Assembly (NCBI RefSeq): GCF_009914755.1
Contig: NC_060947.1
Reading direction: 5' to 3' (one strand)
DNA: 64,000 bases
Source: the human T2T-CHM13v2.0 reference genome, Homo sapiens
In this document: one piece after another, positions 24,499 through 38,989 of the stretch
Numbering within the stretch: the stretch's first letter is position 1
How the letters are laid out: every line of letters starts with the position of its first letter
Made by a program: the position numbers and the translations under genes
Notes under the pieces: model-generated
Told to the model about the DNA's origin: nothing
Database searches by the model: none
What the model saw: the letters and a program-made list of their open reading frames with translations, nothing else

Positions 24499-25640
24499 TA
24501 AAATCACCTTTGCAAAGATTATGACAATGAGAGAAGTCTAGCATGGCTGGCTCCAGCTTGCTTCTAGCCACACAGGCTATCTATTCTCACTTATTCCTGG
24601 GTGTAAGTCAAGGTAACCATGAGAAGAATTTAGATTATAGTTTATCTTGGAAGCAACAATGATAATAGTCCCTCCCTAAAACTAAGCCCCTCGTTGCTCA
24701 GGGACTGAAAACTAACCAAAAGCCATGAGGTTAGGATTAAGGGAAGGTCCTGAATTCTGCTGAAATGTAGTGCATAGTTTTTATAATCTCTTACTGCTCA
24801 GGAGTCATGTGGCCAGAAGTCATGAGATTTATGACTTCCCCAGTTGCTCCTGTAGATAATGTCACTATTGTTGACATGGTTTGGCCGTGTCCCCACCCAA
24901 ATCTTATCTTGAATTGTAGTTCCCATAATCCCCACATGTTATGGGAGAGACCCAGTGGGAGGTAATTGAATGATGGGGGTGGTTACCCTCATGCTGCTGT
25001 CCTCATGATAGTGAGTGAGTTCTCATGAAATCTGACTGCTTTATAAGGGGCTTTTCCTCTGTCTTTGCTCTCCACTTCTCGTTGTTAGTCCATTGTGAAG
25101 GAGGACTTGTTTGCTTCCCCTTCCACCTTGATTGCAAGTTGCCTGAGACCTCCCTAGCCCTGGGGAACTGTGAGTCAATTAAACCTCTTCCCTTTATAAA
25201 TTAGCCAGTGTCAGGTATGTCTGTATAGCAGCATGAGAACAGACTAGTACAATTGTAGATCTTAGCTAAGATTGGTCTTTTGAGATGTGTTTTGCACTTG
25301 TGCATTCTGGCAACCAACTGACCCCACCTGGATTCACGACTCATGACTCAACCAATCCTATGGCCCCAACCCAGCAGAGGAGTCAGTGCATGAAGACAGT
25401 TTTCCACACTGTCATGATTTCATCTCCAGCCAATCAGCACCACCCTTTCTCTAGCCCCCTGCCTACCAAATTATCTATAAAAACCTAGCCTCTGTGTCCT
25501 TGGGGAGGCTGATTTGAGTGATAACGCTAGTCCTCTGCTTAGCTGCCTTGCATTAATTAAACTCTTGTCAGCAATACGACAGTCTCAGTGAATTTGTTTT
25601 GTCTACGGAGGTAGCAGGAAGAAGCTGTTGGGTGATTACC
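24499..25640 (+). mobile_element. LTR8A-like ERV1 solo LTR interrupted by THE1D
   Basis: cacctttgcaaagattatgacaatgagagaagtctagcatggct start; gttgggtgattac end; exact TSD ATAA. Confidence 0.85.
24872..25251 (+). mobile_element. THE1D-like MaLR solo LTR nested in LTR8A
   Basis: tgacatggtttggccgtgtccccacccaa ... gagaacagactagtaca; exact 5-bp TSD ATTGT. Confidence 0.92.
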
Positions 25641-27499
25641 ATAATGTAGGAGCAGAAGTTTCCCGCGTGAGTTCCAGCCAGAGGCTTTTGATCTGTTGTA
25701 TGTCTTTGTCAGTTTCATGCACTTTGTCTCTGCTGTAGGAAGGGATATCCCAGATTGGGGATGTTCCACGCATGCTGCCATGTAACATGAGCAAGATATA
25801 AACCATCAAGAAATAGGCCACTGAATTTTGAGCATTATTTGTTATTGCACCATTATCTAGCAAAAGTAGACTAATACAATTATTTAAAACAAAACAAAAT
25901 GAAATAACAAAAAATAATGTTTCAAGAAATCAAGCAGGAAAACTTTAAGTTTATCTTTTGAATTGCATTAATGTTAACTGTAGGCAGATATTTAGAAAAA
26001 TTTACTTCCGCTTAGAAAACTATTTGGTTAGTTTGTGTTCCCCAGAGGCATATCCTGAGGCAAGGACACTTATGCAAATGACTGGTTAGGGAAATACTCC
26101 AAGGAGAAACAGGAAGTGGATAGAGGAAGGAGAAGAAGGAAGAGGAAGAAACTAAGGGAAGGTGACATTTTAGATAATGTCTCGTGGAATCTTTGGGCAT
26201 ATACAGTTTTCCCCCCTGTTACTAATTACTACATAAACAAGTTAGATACACGAAGAAACTGCAAGAATGGGAATACAAATTAACCCCTGGGCTTTTAAAT
26301 TTTGTCCTTGGGATTCATAAACCAGTTGATTCATAGAAGTCAAGACATTCTGAATGATGCTATCTCTATGATCTTTGACTGACTCTTGACTCCACTTACA
26401 TCTCATACTGGAATTTCTGGAGGACTTTATAGAATTTTAAGAGATCATCTCCAATGTCTTTCTTCATTTTCCCACCCATTTCTCATGTATCATAAAAAGT
26501 CCCAAAATTCCCATTTGAAGTTGTAAGAGGCTGAGTTAGATTTTGCTAGTCAGATGCTCATTTAAACCAGAAAATGCAGAAAGTACTTTAGAGGACATTG
26601 TAGGCTTCAATGCCTTGGACTTTTTTCTTCTAAATATGGCGCTTATACTATCTTTCAAATGTGAGCTTACTTTTATTTTATAAAGGAATATTTCGTCTCT
26701 CGTGATCATAGCCCCTGTGGAATTTCACTAATGGATCCTGAAGTCCTATCTCAGCTAATGAAGATTGAATGAATGCAATAAACAGTAATATTTTAACAAG
26801 GCCCTCTTCCTCAGAGCTGCTAGAAATTCATGAGATTGATGTCTGCAGAATTTTGGAAGGTGCCACCTTACATGACTAAAAAATGAGAGTCATTTTTCTT
26901 TTATTAATTTGATGTCAGTTTATTAAAAAAGAATATATTCTGGTTATCACAATTCATTAATGTTAATACCATATAGGGCAATGGAAACAGCTTGGTGAGA
27001 ATTTGGGGGAGACTAACCCTCAGAGTTGAAATTACTGCATCCGCTCAAATTGGTAATGAAAAAAGCATATAATTGCTACAAACGAACAGATTTTATGTTT
27101 CCACAGCTTCTTAGAAATGTATGTTTGACAGTTCTGTATCCAACTTTTTGCATTTGAAGACTTGGAAAGATAGAAAATGGAAGCAATTTTCTACCCCTTA
27201 TTTCTTCTTATTATAATCAAATTATCTAAATAATTCAGATACAATAATGGAGAGTTTAGAGTTTTATTTATCTGGTTTTAACAATTTTCCAAATATATAG
27301 GGTCACCAGGGCAATTTTAAGACATTAAGAGAAAACAGACGAACAAAAAAAACCAATTATGTAGTCTTAGAAAAGTCAAATGGTAAATGAAATGAAGAAG
27401 AAACATGCATATTTATGGGTCAATACTAATCAATACAACTGTCTTTCTAACTGAAAGCATAAATAGTTATGCATAAACTCTCTGATTCATGTTACCTAG

Positions 27500-27502
<3 letters not shown>

Positions 27503-27537
<35 letters not shown>
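27503..27537. repeat. (TG)17 microsatellite
   Basis: Perfect TG dinucleotide run. Confidence 0.97.
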
Positions 27538-27539
<2 letters not shown>

Positions 27540-28834
27540 ACATGCATGAGAATTTGTGTATAAATCTTGGAAAGAGGGGATTCATGAAATCGAAGAAATT
27601 AAAATTACCATTTAAATAATTTTGTTTCATCGAAACAACTAAAGAGCACCCACTCTATCCCAAATACAATTTCCTTTCTTTTGTGATTCTTTCCTATAAA
27701 TATTATATGAAACCATCTAGAGTTGTTTAAACCTATTATAAATATAGAAACCTATTTAAAATGAAGGAATTATATATAATATATATCATATATAATTTCC
27801 ACAAGTGAATAAGCAGACACAAAAATTTTGTGTTCTCTACTCATGGTGATCTCTCTTTGCTGCAGTTAGTTTATCCGGAATGGCAGGATTCCACAGGGAA
27901 TGACGTGGTCTCTGAATGTGTCAATCACTGAGAGAGACATAGAGGCTGTAATTCACTTACCTGTGGAATGTCTTTAAAATTTGCCTTCAGTACCTTTTTA
28001 ATGCAAAGTCAAATTGACAAACATATTTTATTAGTATATATTTATTCATGCTTTTGTGGTTGTTTTCATGTCATGGTTTTAAAAGAAGAAAGTGTACATA
28101 CCTGGTAAACCTCCACAAACAGACTGAAATAAAGCACCATCCTTTCCCTGTCACATCTTGAGAAGACGTTTTGAATGCCCCAGGCCCTAATACAGTTCAT
28201 ATCAGAAATGCAATGTGGCTTTGACAAGTGAATTCTAGTTTGTTTCCTCCCTGGCATTTTGTTACAGTGAATCTTGACATGACGTGCTTCAATAGTCTCG
28301 ATTTATTTTTTTTCAAATTCCAGAATGTTTCCCATGAGAGTTTTTTATTTTGCATATATGTGTGTGTATACTTACGTATAATATATATACGTAATATATA
28401 CATAATGCACATGTTTGTATGTATACATGTATATCTTTTTGTGAACTTTTAAAAATAATATTATTTTGCAAATTTAAATTTTTTATTTTTTGTCTTTTTT
28501 ATTTTTATTGATTTAGGAAGTACAAGTGCAGTTTTGCTATGTATCTATATATTTATATATGTACAGACATATGTGTGTGTATATATGTATGAATAGGTAT
28601 ATATGCATGTGGATAAATAATCGCTACTAAATATATACATGACAGTAAACACTGAATGTCATTTTAACAAATAGCATTATAACATTCGGGTGTACATAAT
28701 CAGGCTATTTCTACCTTTGAATATATACTTATCTTGGCAGTGTTTGGTTTATCTGGTTTTTAACAAATTCTATCCCCTGAAATTTTAATATTTTTAATGT
28801 TTAAAATGTTACTAATTTTTTAAAATTTATTTTA

Positions 28835-28957
28835 CCTCTTTCTTTATTTTTTTTAGAGATGGAGCCTAGGATGGATTCAAACTCCTGAGATGAAAGAGTC
28901 CCCTGCCTTAGCCTCCCAAGCAGCAGGGACTACAGGTGCATGTCACCTTGCCCAGCT
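28835..28957 (-). mobile_element. FLAM-type Alu monomer
   Basis: T-rich tail, caaactcctg..gcctcccaagcagcagggactacaggtgcatg. Confidence 0.8.
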
Positions 28958-29684
28958 CCTGCAAAATTTGTTTGTAGCAAAGGACGTTTCCATGTTCTAT
29001 CCCATTAGGTATCGATCCTCTCAATGAAGGCCTTTTTTTCAATCTAATATTTGTGATATGGGTGTATTTGGATCCTGTAAAGCTAGCCGTACAATGATAA
29101 CTTTGACACAAAAGTGTGGTGCTGTTTGGGGGTTTTGTTTGGGTGGAGGTGAGTGGACAGAGAAGTAACTTGGAAACGATGTGTAGTAGTGAAGTCAAGC
29201 AGAGAGAAGGATGTGAACAAGGTGGAACTAAAACCGTGTTCTGTTATTAGGCACCAGAATCTAAGCTATGCCAAATTAAATGCAAATAAAATAGTCTGAG
29301 GCTGTAAATCAGACTTTCGTGAAATGAGTTTGGATAAAATACATTAATAATGTTGCCCATGACATCATTTGCTGTGACTGTCTTTGACTCTGACCAAGCC
29401 ACTCACTCTTCCTTTCCTCACTCTGTCCTACTAGTCTTCTAACTCTGTATCCACTCTTTCCAGTGAAATTGCCCTCCTACCCTTCCAGCCTTCCTACCCT
29501 TCAAGCACAGCACACTCAGCACTTTGTGTCTTCTATAATGTTAAAAGAAAATTTAAATTTGACCCTGGTGCTCATCCCATCAGCAATATCTATAGATTGT
29601 CCAAGTTTTCCACATTCTTATGTGGAATAACCATGTGTTGCACCCCTACTATTTGCCAATTACTATGCAATAAAAGATAAATAG

Positions 29685-29840
29685 GACTGGGTGCAGTGGC
29701 TCATGCCTGTAGTCCAAGCTATTTGGGAGACTGAGGTGGAAGGATTGCTTGAGCCCAGGAGATCCAGGCTGCAGCGAGCCATGATCCACACCACCGCACA
29801 CCAGCCTGGGCAATAGAGCGAGACCCCATCTCTAAAAACA
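29685..29840 (+). mobile_element. Alu monomer (FRAM/FAM-like)
   Basis: gggtgcagtggctcatgcctgtagtccaagcta..ccagcctgggcaatagagcgagacccc; single monomer. Confidence 0.85.
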
Positions 29841-30661
29841 GAGAAGATAAGTTAGATGAGATAAACGGCATGCCACCTTGACTTCCCAACTATTACAGAC
29901 TAGGAATGGATACAGATGTAAAGTGATAATTAAATTACATTCAGGACAAGGAAACAGGGTGGCATGACTAGGTTTCTATAAAGTATGAGTTGAGCCATTC
30001 ATTTAGGGTTTCACTGTACTAATCCATGAAAGCTGACCTTTTAAATGTTGCAGTGCTCCTTCCTTTTGGCAAATCCAATAGTAGATTCTCGTCTGTGGTT
30101 AACTTACTCAATCTGTCAGGAGTTTCTGAAAGGATTGGGTATGCCGCTTCTTCAGATATCTTATATTTGCATCTGGGGTACCATACACTTCTACTTTACC
30201 TGTCTCTTTTGTTTTTTGGTTTTTATTTTTTTTTTTTCGTATACTGTCTGTTTCCTTTTCCCTGGCTCCTTGCAGGTGGAATTTCCCAGAGCAATGGGTT
30301 CTCTTCTCCACCATTCACTTAGTGGCTTTGTCCAGTCTCAAGGCTTGAAATACCTAGAATTTCATTTTATTTAAATTTGCAACTTTAATCGTAATTGGAA
30401 AATGTAAATTGTGTTATCAAATTTGTCACTGCAAGCCTGACCTCTCTCCCAAACGCTGTATTTATATATCCAACTATTTGTCACCTCTTCTTGGAAGTCA
30501 GAGAGACAGCTCAATAACCTGCCTAACACCACATTTTGGTTATTTTCACACACAGACACACACACACACACACATGCACATGCACATACATACACCAAAC
30601 AAACAAACACAAAAACAAAAACCACTGTGCTTCCCCTGGATGAATGGCAATTTCAACATTA

Positions 30662-31154
30662 TGACACCAACCCAATTGTCACATAAAACTGATAATAATA
30701 GTTTCTTTTGAATAAACGTAGAAATCGATGCTCCCAGTCTTAAAACTTGAGAAAGTTATGTTTGTCTTATCTGAGTTCCTTTCTCAGGAAACAAACCAGC
30801 AGGCTTCCCAGATAGCATCAAGGAGCTGAAACTCGCCAGATCACCACAATTGGACAATGAGATGCCAGACCCTTCAGTCATCATGATGGCCTAACTGACC
30901 ATCTGCTTCCTATTGACCAACTCCTCTTTCTTACCACTCCCTAATTCGTGTTTTCCTACATGCAGTTACATTTCTGCTATGTAAAGCCCTAATGTTAGTC
31001 AATCAGGGAGATGGATTTGAGTCTGATCTTTCATCTCCTCAGCTACAGCACCCAGTGAAAGCCTTCTTCTCTGGCAATACTGGTTGTCTCAGTGATTGCC
31101 TTTCTGTGTGGTGAGCAGTAGGACCTAGACCAAACCCCTAGTGTTTTGGTGACT
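30662..31154 (+). mobile_element. Solo ERV1 LTR, subfamily not assigned
   Basis: tgacaccaacccaattgtc start, tgtctcagtgattg..gacctagaccaaacccc 3' signature; exact TSD ATTA. Confidence 0.75.
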
Positions 31155-31302
31155 ATTATAGTTTGAATGAAAAACTGTCATCCTTGACTCTTCTCTTTCT
31201 ATTGCACAAAAGGCCTGGCCATCAGGAGATCCTATTTTCTCTATTGCAAAACCCTCATTGTGTTAACCTCCACTGAGCTACCATCTTTTCTCATGTACAT
31301 TC

Positions 31303-31632
31303 TTATTTATTTATTTTATTTATTTATTTATTTATTTATTTATTCTGAGACTGGGTCTCCCTCTTTTGCCGCAGGCTGGAGTGCAGTGGTGTGATCTCGG
31401 CTTACTGCAATCTCTAACTCCCAAGTTCAAGTGATTCTCCTGCCTCAGCCTCCCAAGTAGCTTGGATTACAGGTATGTGCCACCACACCCAGCTAATTTT
31501 TTTTGTATTTTTAGTAGAGATGGGGTTTCACCCTGTTGGCCAGGCTGGTCTTGAACTCCTGACCTAAAATGATCTGCCTGCCTCGGCCTCCCAAAATGCT
31601 GGGCTTACAGGCGTGAGCCACCACACTCAGCC
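31303..31632 (-). mobile_element. AluS (Sx/Sz-like)
   Basis: (TTTA)n tail, complete reverse dimer, TSD-like ctc..gta(c/t)attctta. Confidence 0.94.
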
Positions 31633-31659
31633 AATCTCCCGTATATTCTTAACAATCAT

Positions 31660-32345
31660 TTCATAAATGAATTTTGTTTCTGCCCTTGGTCCCATAGAGT
31701 CTAATCTCAACAGAGGTGACACATACAACAAAGATTCTTTTAAAATATGAACCAGACCGTGTTGATGCTATTTTCAACATTTTCCATGGATTCCCATTTT
31801 ACACAATGAAAAAGTCAACAGTCCTTACTTAGGTCTACATGGCATCGTCAACACTATGTCTTCCATCTCTTCTACTATTTTCTTCACTCTGCTATGGGTC
31901 CTAACTCTGTTTCCTGATCCAAGTCCCTGCCTTAGGGTTGCAGACCTAGTTCCATCTTCCTGGATCCCTGGTTTTCCAGAGGGTGGCATGATCAGTTCCT
32001 TTCTTCAAACCTGCTGGAGTATCAGCTTCTCAGAGAGCCTACCCTGGCCTTCCTCTTTAAACCTACACATTGTCCCCACCTCACAGGCTCCTGATACTCC
32101 TTGCACTAGGAAAATAGATCTATCTTTCTTTTTCTCATAGCATTAAGCCTCTGCAAGTACAGAGCTTGCTATATTTACCTACTAAGTCTCTTCTTAATTT
32201 TATTCTTTATTTACACCTTCCTCCACTAGTAGAGTATAAACTCCTTGTGGGCAAGGGTATATTCTTTTGTTTTCACTAATATACCTCAAGCACCAAAAAA
32301 AAAATTATCTATCACATATAGAGACATGAGGGATATTCATTGAAT
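31660..32345 (+). mobile_element. L2 3' end fragment
   Basis: ccactagtagagtataaactccttgtgggcaaggg ... atattcattgaataat, typical L2 tail. Confidence 0.55.
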
Positions 32346-32949
32346 AATAGCAATATATTAATTTTAGTATATAATCATATTGTTAAATAATCTGTGTTTG
32401 TATGTGTGCATGAGACAGGGGATGCATAAGGACATTGTAATGAAAGAACAAAAACATAGGATTGAAAACTTATGAATAAACCCTTTTGAATATTTCATAC
32501 CCTTATTTTAATAAAAAGAACATGAGGAACATTTGTTCCCACCTTGTCATGATACATCTCATCACAAAGAGTATAGTTGTTTAATAAATATTTGAAAAAT
32601 GCACCATTTGAATACATTTTAAATAGATGGATTTATGCCTAAATGGTTATCAGAATTAATAATTATATGTAGCTTAGTTAGTGCTTTAAGGTCTCCTATT
32701 AATTTGATATCCCCGCTGAGGAAGGCATTGTGTTAACATCTATGAATTGTCTTCAAATTATTTCAATGTATAATCTGATCATTTAAATGTAAAAACATAA
32801 AGCCTTAAGAAAACCATACCTTAAACTACATGATTAGATAAGTCTGTTCATAAAACTGACATAATAATCAGAAGCTATGCAAGAAAAATATACACTTTTA
32901 AATGTCTGCAGGTAAAAAATTTCTAAACTAAATTGAAAAAAATAATTAA

Positions 32950-33265
<316 letters not shown>

Positions 33266-33979
33266 ACCAGGAAAAATCTTTGGAACATACAGTTGACCAA
33301 GGACTAGTTTTCCTGATTGAAAAAAAAAAAAAAAACAAAAAAAAAAAAAAACAAAGGAGCTTCTAAAATCAGTAAGAAAATGATTCACACTTACCTGATA
33401 AAGTTGGGTAAAGAACATTCAGAGCTCACCCAAAAGGAAACACAAGTTGCTTTTATAGATATAAAATGATAATCAGCTCCTCTCAAAATTAGGAAAATGC
33501 AAAGTGAAGCTGCAGTGAGACAGCATATCAAAATTTAATTCACATTACATAGGTGGTCATTTAGAGAATGGGGAAAATTGGTAGTGGAAGTTTAATTTGG
33601 TTAAACCTACTTGGCAGCTAACTTAGTAAAATATTTCCAACTTTCAGTTTCACATCTACTTTTAAAAATTTTCTTGTGTTGAGATATTTTTCCAATGTAT
33701 TCTCACATGAAGACAAAGAGATTCCATGAAATTGCTTCAAAGAAAGAAAAGACATTAAGCAATGTAAAAATAAAAACAAAGAGGCATATAAAAGCATATA
33801 ACTGTTGTGTTATATGAAATAACAAAAAGATTGGCAAAACATTAGATGCCATTTATAGACGAGTGGTTATAGGAAACATCACACATGCATACGATGCAAT
33901 ATTATACAGATGTTTAAAGAAATAAAGTTGATGATAATTAGGGACATTAATTGAATATATATATATATATATATGCCAG

Positions 33980-34170
33980 ATATCGTTATATCCACTTTGC
34001 ACCTATTTACTGATCTAATAATAAACCTCAGAGTCAGATACTCAATTATTTCTTTAACAAATGAAAAAAGAGGAGCCAATCAAGCAAAATAAATCTCCCA
34101 AGACTGAACAGCTAGTAAGTGCAGTAGCTGAAATCCTAATCCAAGCTGTCTAAATCCAGAGTCCAATTTA
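33980..34170 (-). mobile_element. MIR
   Basis: acaaatgaaaaaagaggag..cccaagactgaacagctagtaagtg..gtctaaatccagagtcc. Confidence 0.55.
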
Positions 34171-34239
34171 TCTCTCACACACACGCAATACACATGGGTG
34201 AGTACATATACATATACATATACATTTATTGAGTATGTA

Positions 34240-34372
34240 AGCTGGGCACAGTGGCTCATACCTGTAATCCCAGCATTTTGGGAGGCTGAGTTGGGAGGAT
34301 CACTGGAGGCCAGGAGTTCGAGACCACCTTGGGCAACATAGGAAGAACCCATTTTTAATTAAAAATAAAAAA
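34240..34372 (+). mobile_element. FLAM_C-type Alu monomer
   Basis: Single left monomer (ggaggccaggagttcgagaccaccttgggcaacatag) with A tail; TSD agtatgta. Confidence 0.88.
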
Positions 34373-34520
34373 GTATGTATATGTACATTGAATATATACA
34401 CACATAGACACATTGGGTATATATATATACTTATATGTATATACTCAGTATATATATATATGCATATATACTCACCCAGGTGTATTGTACATATATGTAT
34501 GTATATATATACACATACTA

Positions 34521-34612
34521 TTAGGTTGGTGCAAAAGTAAATGTGATTTTTGGCATTACTTAAAAAAAAAAAAAAAATGGCAAAAACCGCAGTTATTTTT
34601 GCACCAGCCTAA
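34521..34612. mobile_element. MADE1 mariner MITE with polyA-expanded loop
   Basis: ttaggttggtgcaaaagtaa ... ttttgcaccagcctaa inverted arms, preceded by TA. Confidence 0.92.
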
Positions 34613-34943
34613 TTTATGTCCATATATCCAACTTTATATGCATATTCATACAGGGCTATTTTCAAGTATATATTTTAAACAAAAAGGACAAGGTTCAGAC
34701 GAGTGTATTTAGAACTACTGTTGTTATGTGCTATTCAATACACAATGCATACGCACACACACACATGCTTTCATTTTATTATATGTTGGAATGATTCATG
34801 ATAGATTAAAACACGTATCATTTCTGGCATAAAATAGATGGTGGGGCCCTTCAGTGGGGGAGCAATAATTTTTTTGCACTGTATACTCAAGAATAAATGT
34901 TTCAATTTAACTATATAATTATTTTAAATAAAATTTCATTTTC

Positions 34944-35081
34944 GTTTTTTAAAAATTTTTAGTAGAGATAAGGTGTCACCATGTTGGCCAGGCTGGTCTC
35001 GAACTCCTGGCCTCAAGTGATCTGCCTACCTTGGCCTCCCAAAGTGCTGGCATTATAGGCATGAGCCACCCGCGCCCGGCC
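34944..35081 (-). mobile_element. Alu left arm (AluS/J, partial)
   Basis: tttttagtagagat..ggccaggctggtctcgaactcc..gagccacccgcgcccggcc. Confidence 0.9.
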
Positions 35082-35098
35082 TTAAAAATGCAATTTTT

Positions 35099-35440
<342 letters not shown>

Positions 35441-37811
35441 ATGCAATTTTTAATAGAATGTATTATTGGCTTCAACTGCAAATGAGTCCAATTTTCATGC
35501 ATGGCTATAGATTCAGCTTCAATACATTGCATGCACATTTCAAAATCCTTAGCATATTATTTTAAGTCAATGTTACCTAAAAATTTAATCACGTTTTTAT
35601 GCTATGTATTTTTTGAAATACATATTTTTTCATGTCTTTCTATCAATATTACGCATACTTATGTTACATTTGTCTTTAGTCCTTTTAATGCTGACCTCCT
35701 AAACTCTACTTGATACTCAATTCTTATTCCTAGTCCTATTTAATTAAGCTTTCCTGACTAGAATTCTAATTTTGATTCACAAACTTGACAAGGCTTTTTG
35801 GAAATCAAGATTCATTAAATCAACTTATTTAGTGCTTCAACCTCAGAGAAAATACAAATATTTTTAGAGCCCTCTCTCCCAGCCTTCCTATCTAAAAATA
35901 TTAAAAATACACAACAAATGTAAGGAAAACTTTCTAAAAGTAAGAAAAAAAAATTCACCAGGTCAACGTTGTGTTTACATCGCATTTTATCCTCCAATTT
36001 ATCGATCTAGTGATGATTGTCTGAAGTCCATGAGATCTAAGATAGAATGTGACTTAACCAATAAAAGACAGAGCCAAAACATAGCCAAAGGCTATTGTTT
36101 GTTTCAGGATGAAATAGTTAATTGGTTATGACTCTATTAAAACAGCTTATGGTGTTCAGTTGAGTCCTTTCTCGTAGGAAAACATAGAAAATAAAAGTTG
36201 TAACATGATAGCTTACATGGATACCGAAGACAAGTTTTTACAGCTCCTTTATTTTATAGAATAAGAAATTTGCTAAATTGAGACACAGAGTAGCTACACA
36301 ATAAGCTCAGGGTCACTTAACAAATAATTAGTTAACAATCAAAAAATAACCAGGGTCACTAATCTTGGTGTAATTCCTGTCTCTTGCATTATCTTGCTTT
36401 TTGACAAAATACTGGGATAGACTGAACTAACTGGAATAATAATGACAATAAACAATAATAAAAGGTCCCACTTAATTGCTCTGAACTATTTTGCATGTTC
36501 GATTTTATGCACATTTCTTTGAGGAAGATTTGATTATTCCCATTTGTCAATGCAAATACTGAGTTATATAGAAGCCAGTGACTTATCCCAAATCCCAGAG
36601 CTAGAAACTTTTACATGATGGAAAAAGCAAAAGCCATTTCATGTCAAAGCCCAGTATATAATTTTTATTGCTATGGAAAGAGTCAATAAAATCTTCTGCA
36701 ATAGTTTATGGAGGTGGATTTTGTTGCTGGCCTTCTCTCCCATGCCTGTGAGTTCCAAGGCCCATTTACTTGCTACTATCTTTACCCTTATGCATAAAGA
36801 ATGTATATCATTATATCGTGTTCCTCAACTTATTAACTAAACCCTAATGGGATTATTTTTCCTCCAATTAATTTGTAAGTTTTTCTGGAATATATATTTC
36901 AAAGACTCTTGGATGTTGACAAATAAATCATAATTTTGCATGTAGAAATCTATCATCGTTTGAAAAGTTAATTATACTGCTTGAATTACCCGATATGTAT
37001 TCACTTACCCATTCATTCAGATAATGTCCAGAGAGCAGCTATCCTCTCCCAATTCTGGGCTTCATGGTATGGAAGGAAGGGCAGCTATGACATGGCCTAT
37101 CATGGCTGGGATTGTCCTAGTCCTTATACTCTCACAACCTGAATCTCATATACGAAAACATGACTTTATGTCTTTCTAGGAATTTATCTTTGCAGCTTAC
37201 TCTTTATAGTCCAGTGACATTTTTCCCCGTGCAGTTTTAGAAATAAGAATAGGGTGAGTGAGGTCATGTCAAAAATTAAGTCCATCCACACAGAAAGTTT
37301 CTGGAGTGGCATTGCCCATAGATGTGAATTGTGTCAGCATTTCAGAATGACATTTATGGGTAAAAATCATTCAGTTTGTGTGTGTGTGTGTGTAGGCTTC
37401 ATCCTGTCATTTGTCATTAGGGGCTATGACAAACTTTCTGCAGATCCTTCTTGGAGCCTGATACCAATTTCAGAAAGATAAGTGGCCTCACTCCCTGTCA
37501 TTTCATGCTGCCCTGGGGGTATTCAGCAATGCAGTGTGCCTTTTATTGGTACTGCAGAATGTTGCTGGAAAATGTGTTCTCGTAGGAATGCCCCCTGCAA
37601 GATCGACATATTACAGAAATATTCATCTTGACTTTCCTTCCGTTTTCCCTGGAAGGTGACAACATTGTTTAAAAATCCAGTCTGACCTAACTTCCTCCAT
37701 CTTCCCAGAGCTTTTCTCTAATGTATATTGCATGTCTCTTATTTTAAGGTATATATAATACTGTGAATTGTTACCTATAGCCACATATCATTTTATGAAT
37801 TACTACCTAGA

Positions 37812-38155
<344 letters not shown>

Positions 38156-38989
38156 TGATAGCTACCAAAATAAAGTCTTTTGGCTACTAAACCTACATCT
38201 TATTGAGAATTAGGAAGGATCAAAATATATTCAATATCATATATAGTTGTATGGTAAGTTACAGACAAATGAGTTAATATTGTTCATGTCTGCAGTTTAA
38301 TTTGAATTTTTCATGTAGTTACAATTAAAGAGATCAAAATGGACTTTGATAGTATACTAGAACTGGACAAGATGTGAAATGCAATGGAGGAAAAAATTAG
38401 AAGCTCCTAAATCGAGAGGAATTAAGGAGGGCTTATAGTAAATAGGGGAATAAAATGAGCTTCTGTTAGTGAAATGCTTTGCTTCAGCACTGGGAACATG
38501 CCACGCACAGCTAAAGACTTCATTGGCATAAAGGGACTCAAAACTGTCATTAAACTCAGATGGTCTAGTGGCACAATATCAAATATGAATTATTATTATA
38601 CAGTGTTATCAAAAATTAACTGTTCTTTGCTATCTTACTGCAATTTTTTCCTTAAAAAATTATTAATATGAGGTGATACACGAGTTTTTAAAAACTTAAA
38701 TAAATGGTAAAAGAAAAAAGCATGTATATACTTCCAGATAAAGTATTGTTTACATTTTGTTGAATCTACTTCTATTTCTTTCATATGTGCAAACAAATAC
38801 ATACACACAGTTGTTGTTGCTTTTATATAATTGAAATTGCAGATGGTGTTATATATTTTAATGAGATTCATATAAAATTATATAAATACATTTTCATTGG
38901 ATTTATGGGCATAAATACCACCTAAGTCAAGGAAAAACATGCAGGGAATTACACAAACCTTATATTTTAATTGAATTTGGGGTGTAAAT

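Noticed and set aside
33389-33397. Second perfect minus-strand donor CAG|GTAAGT
   Set aside because: Lies in a decayed L1 remnant with no clear matching acceptor
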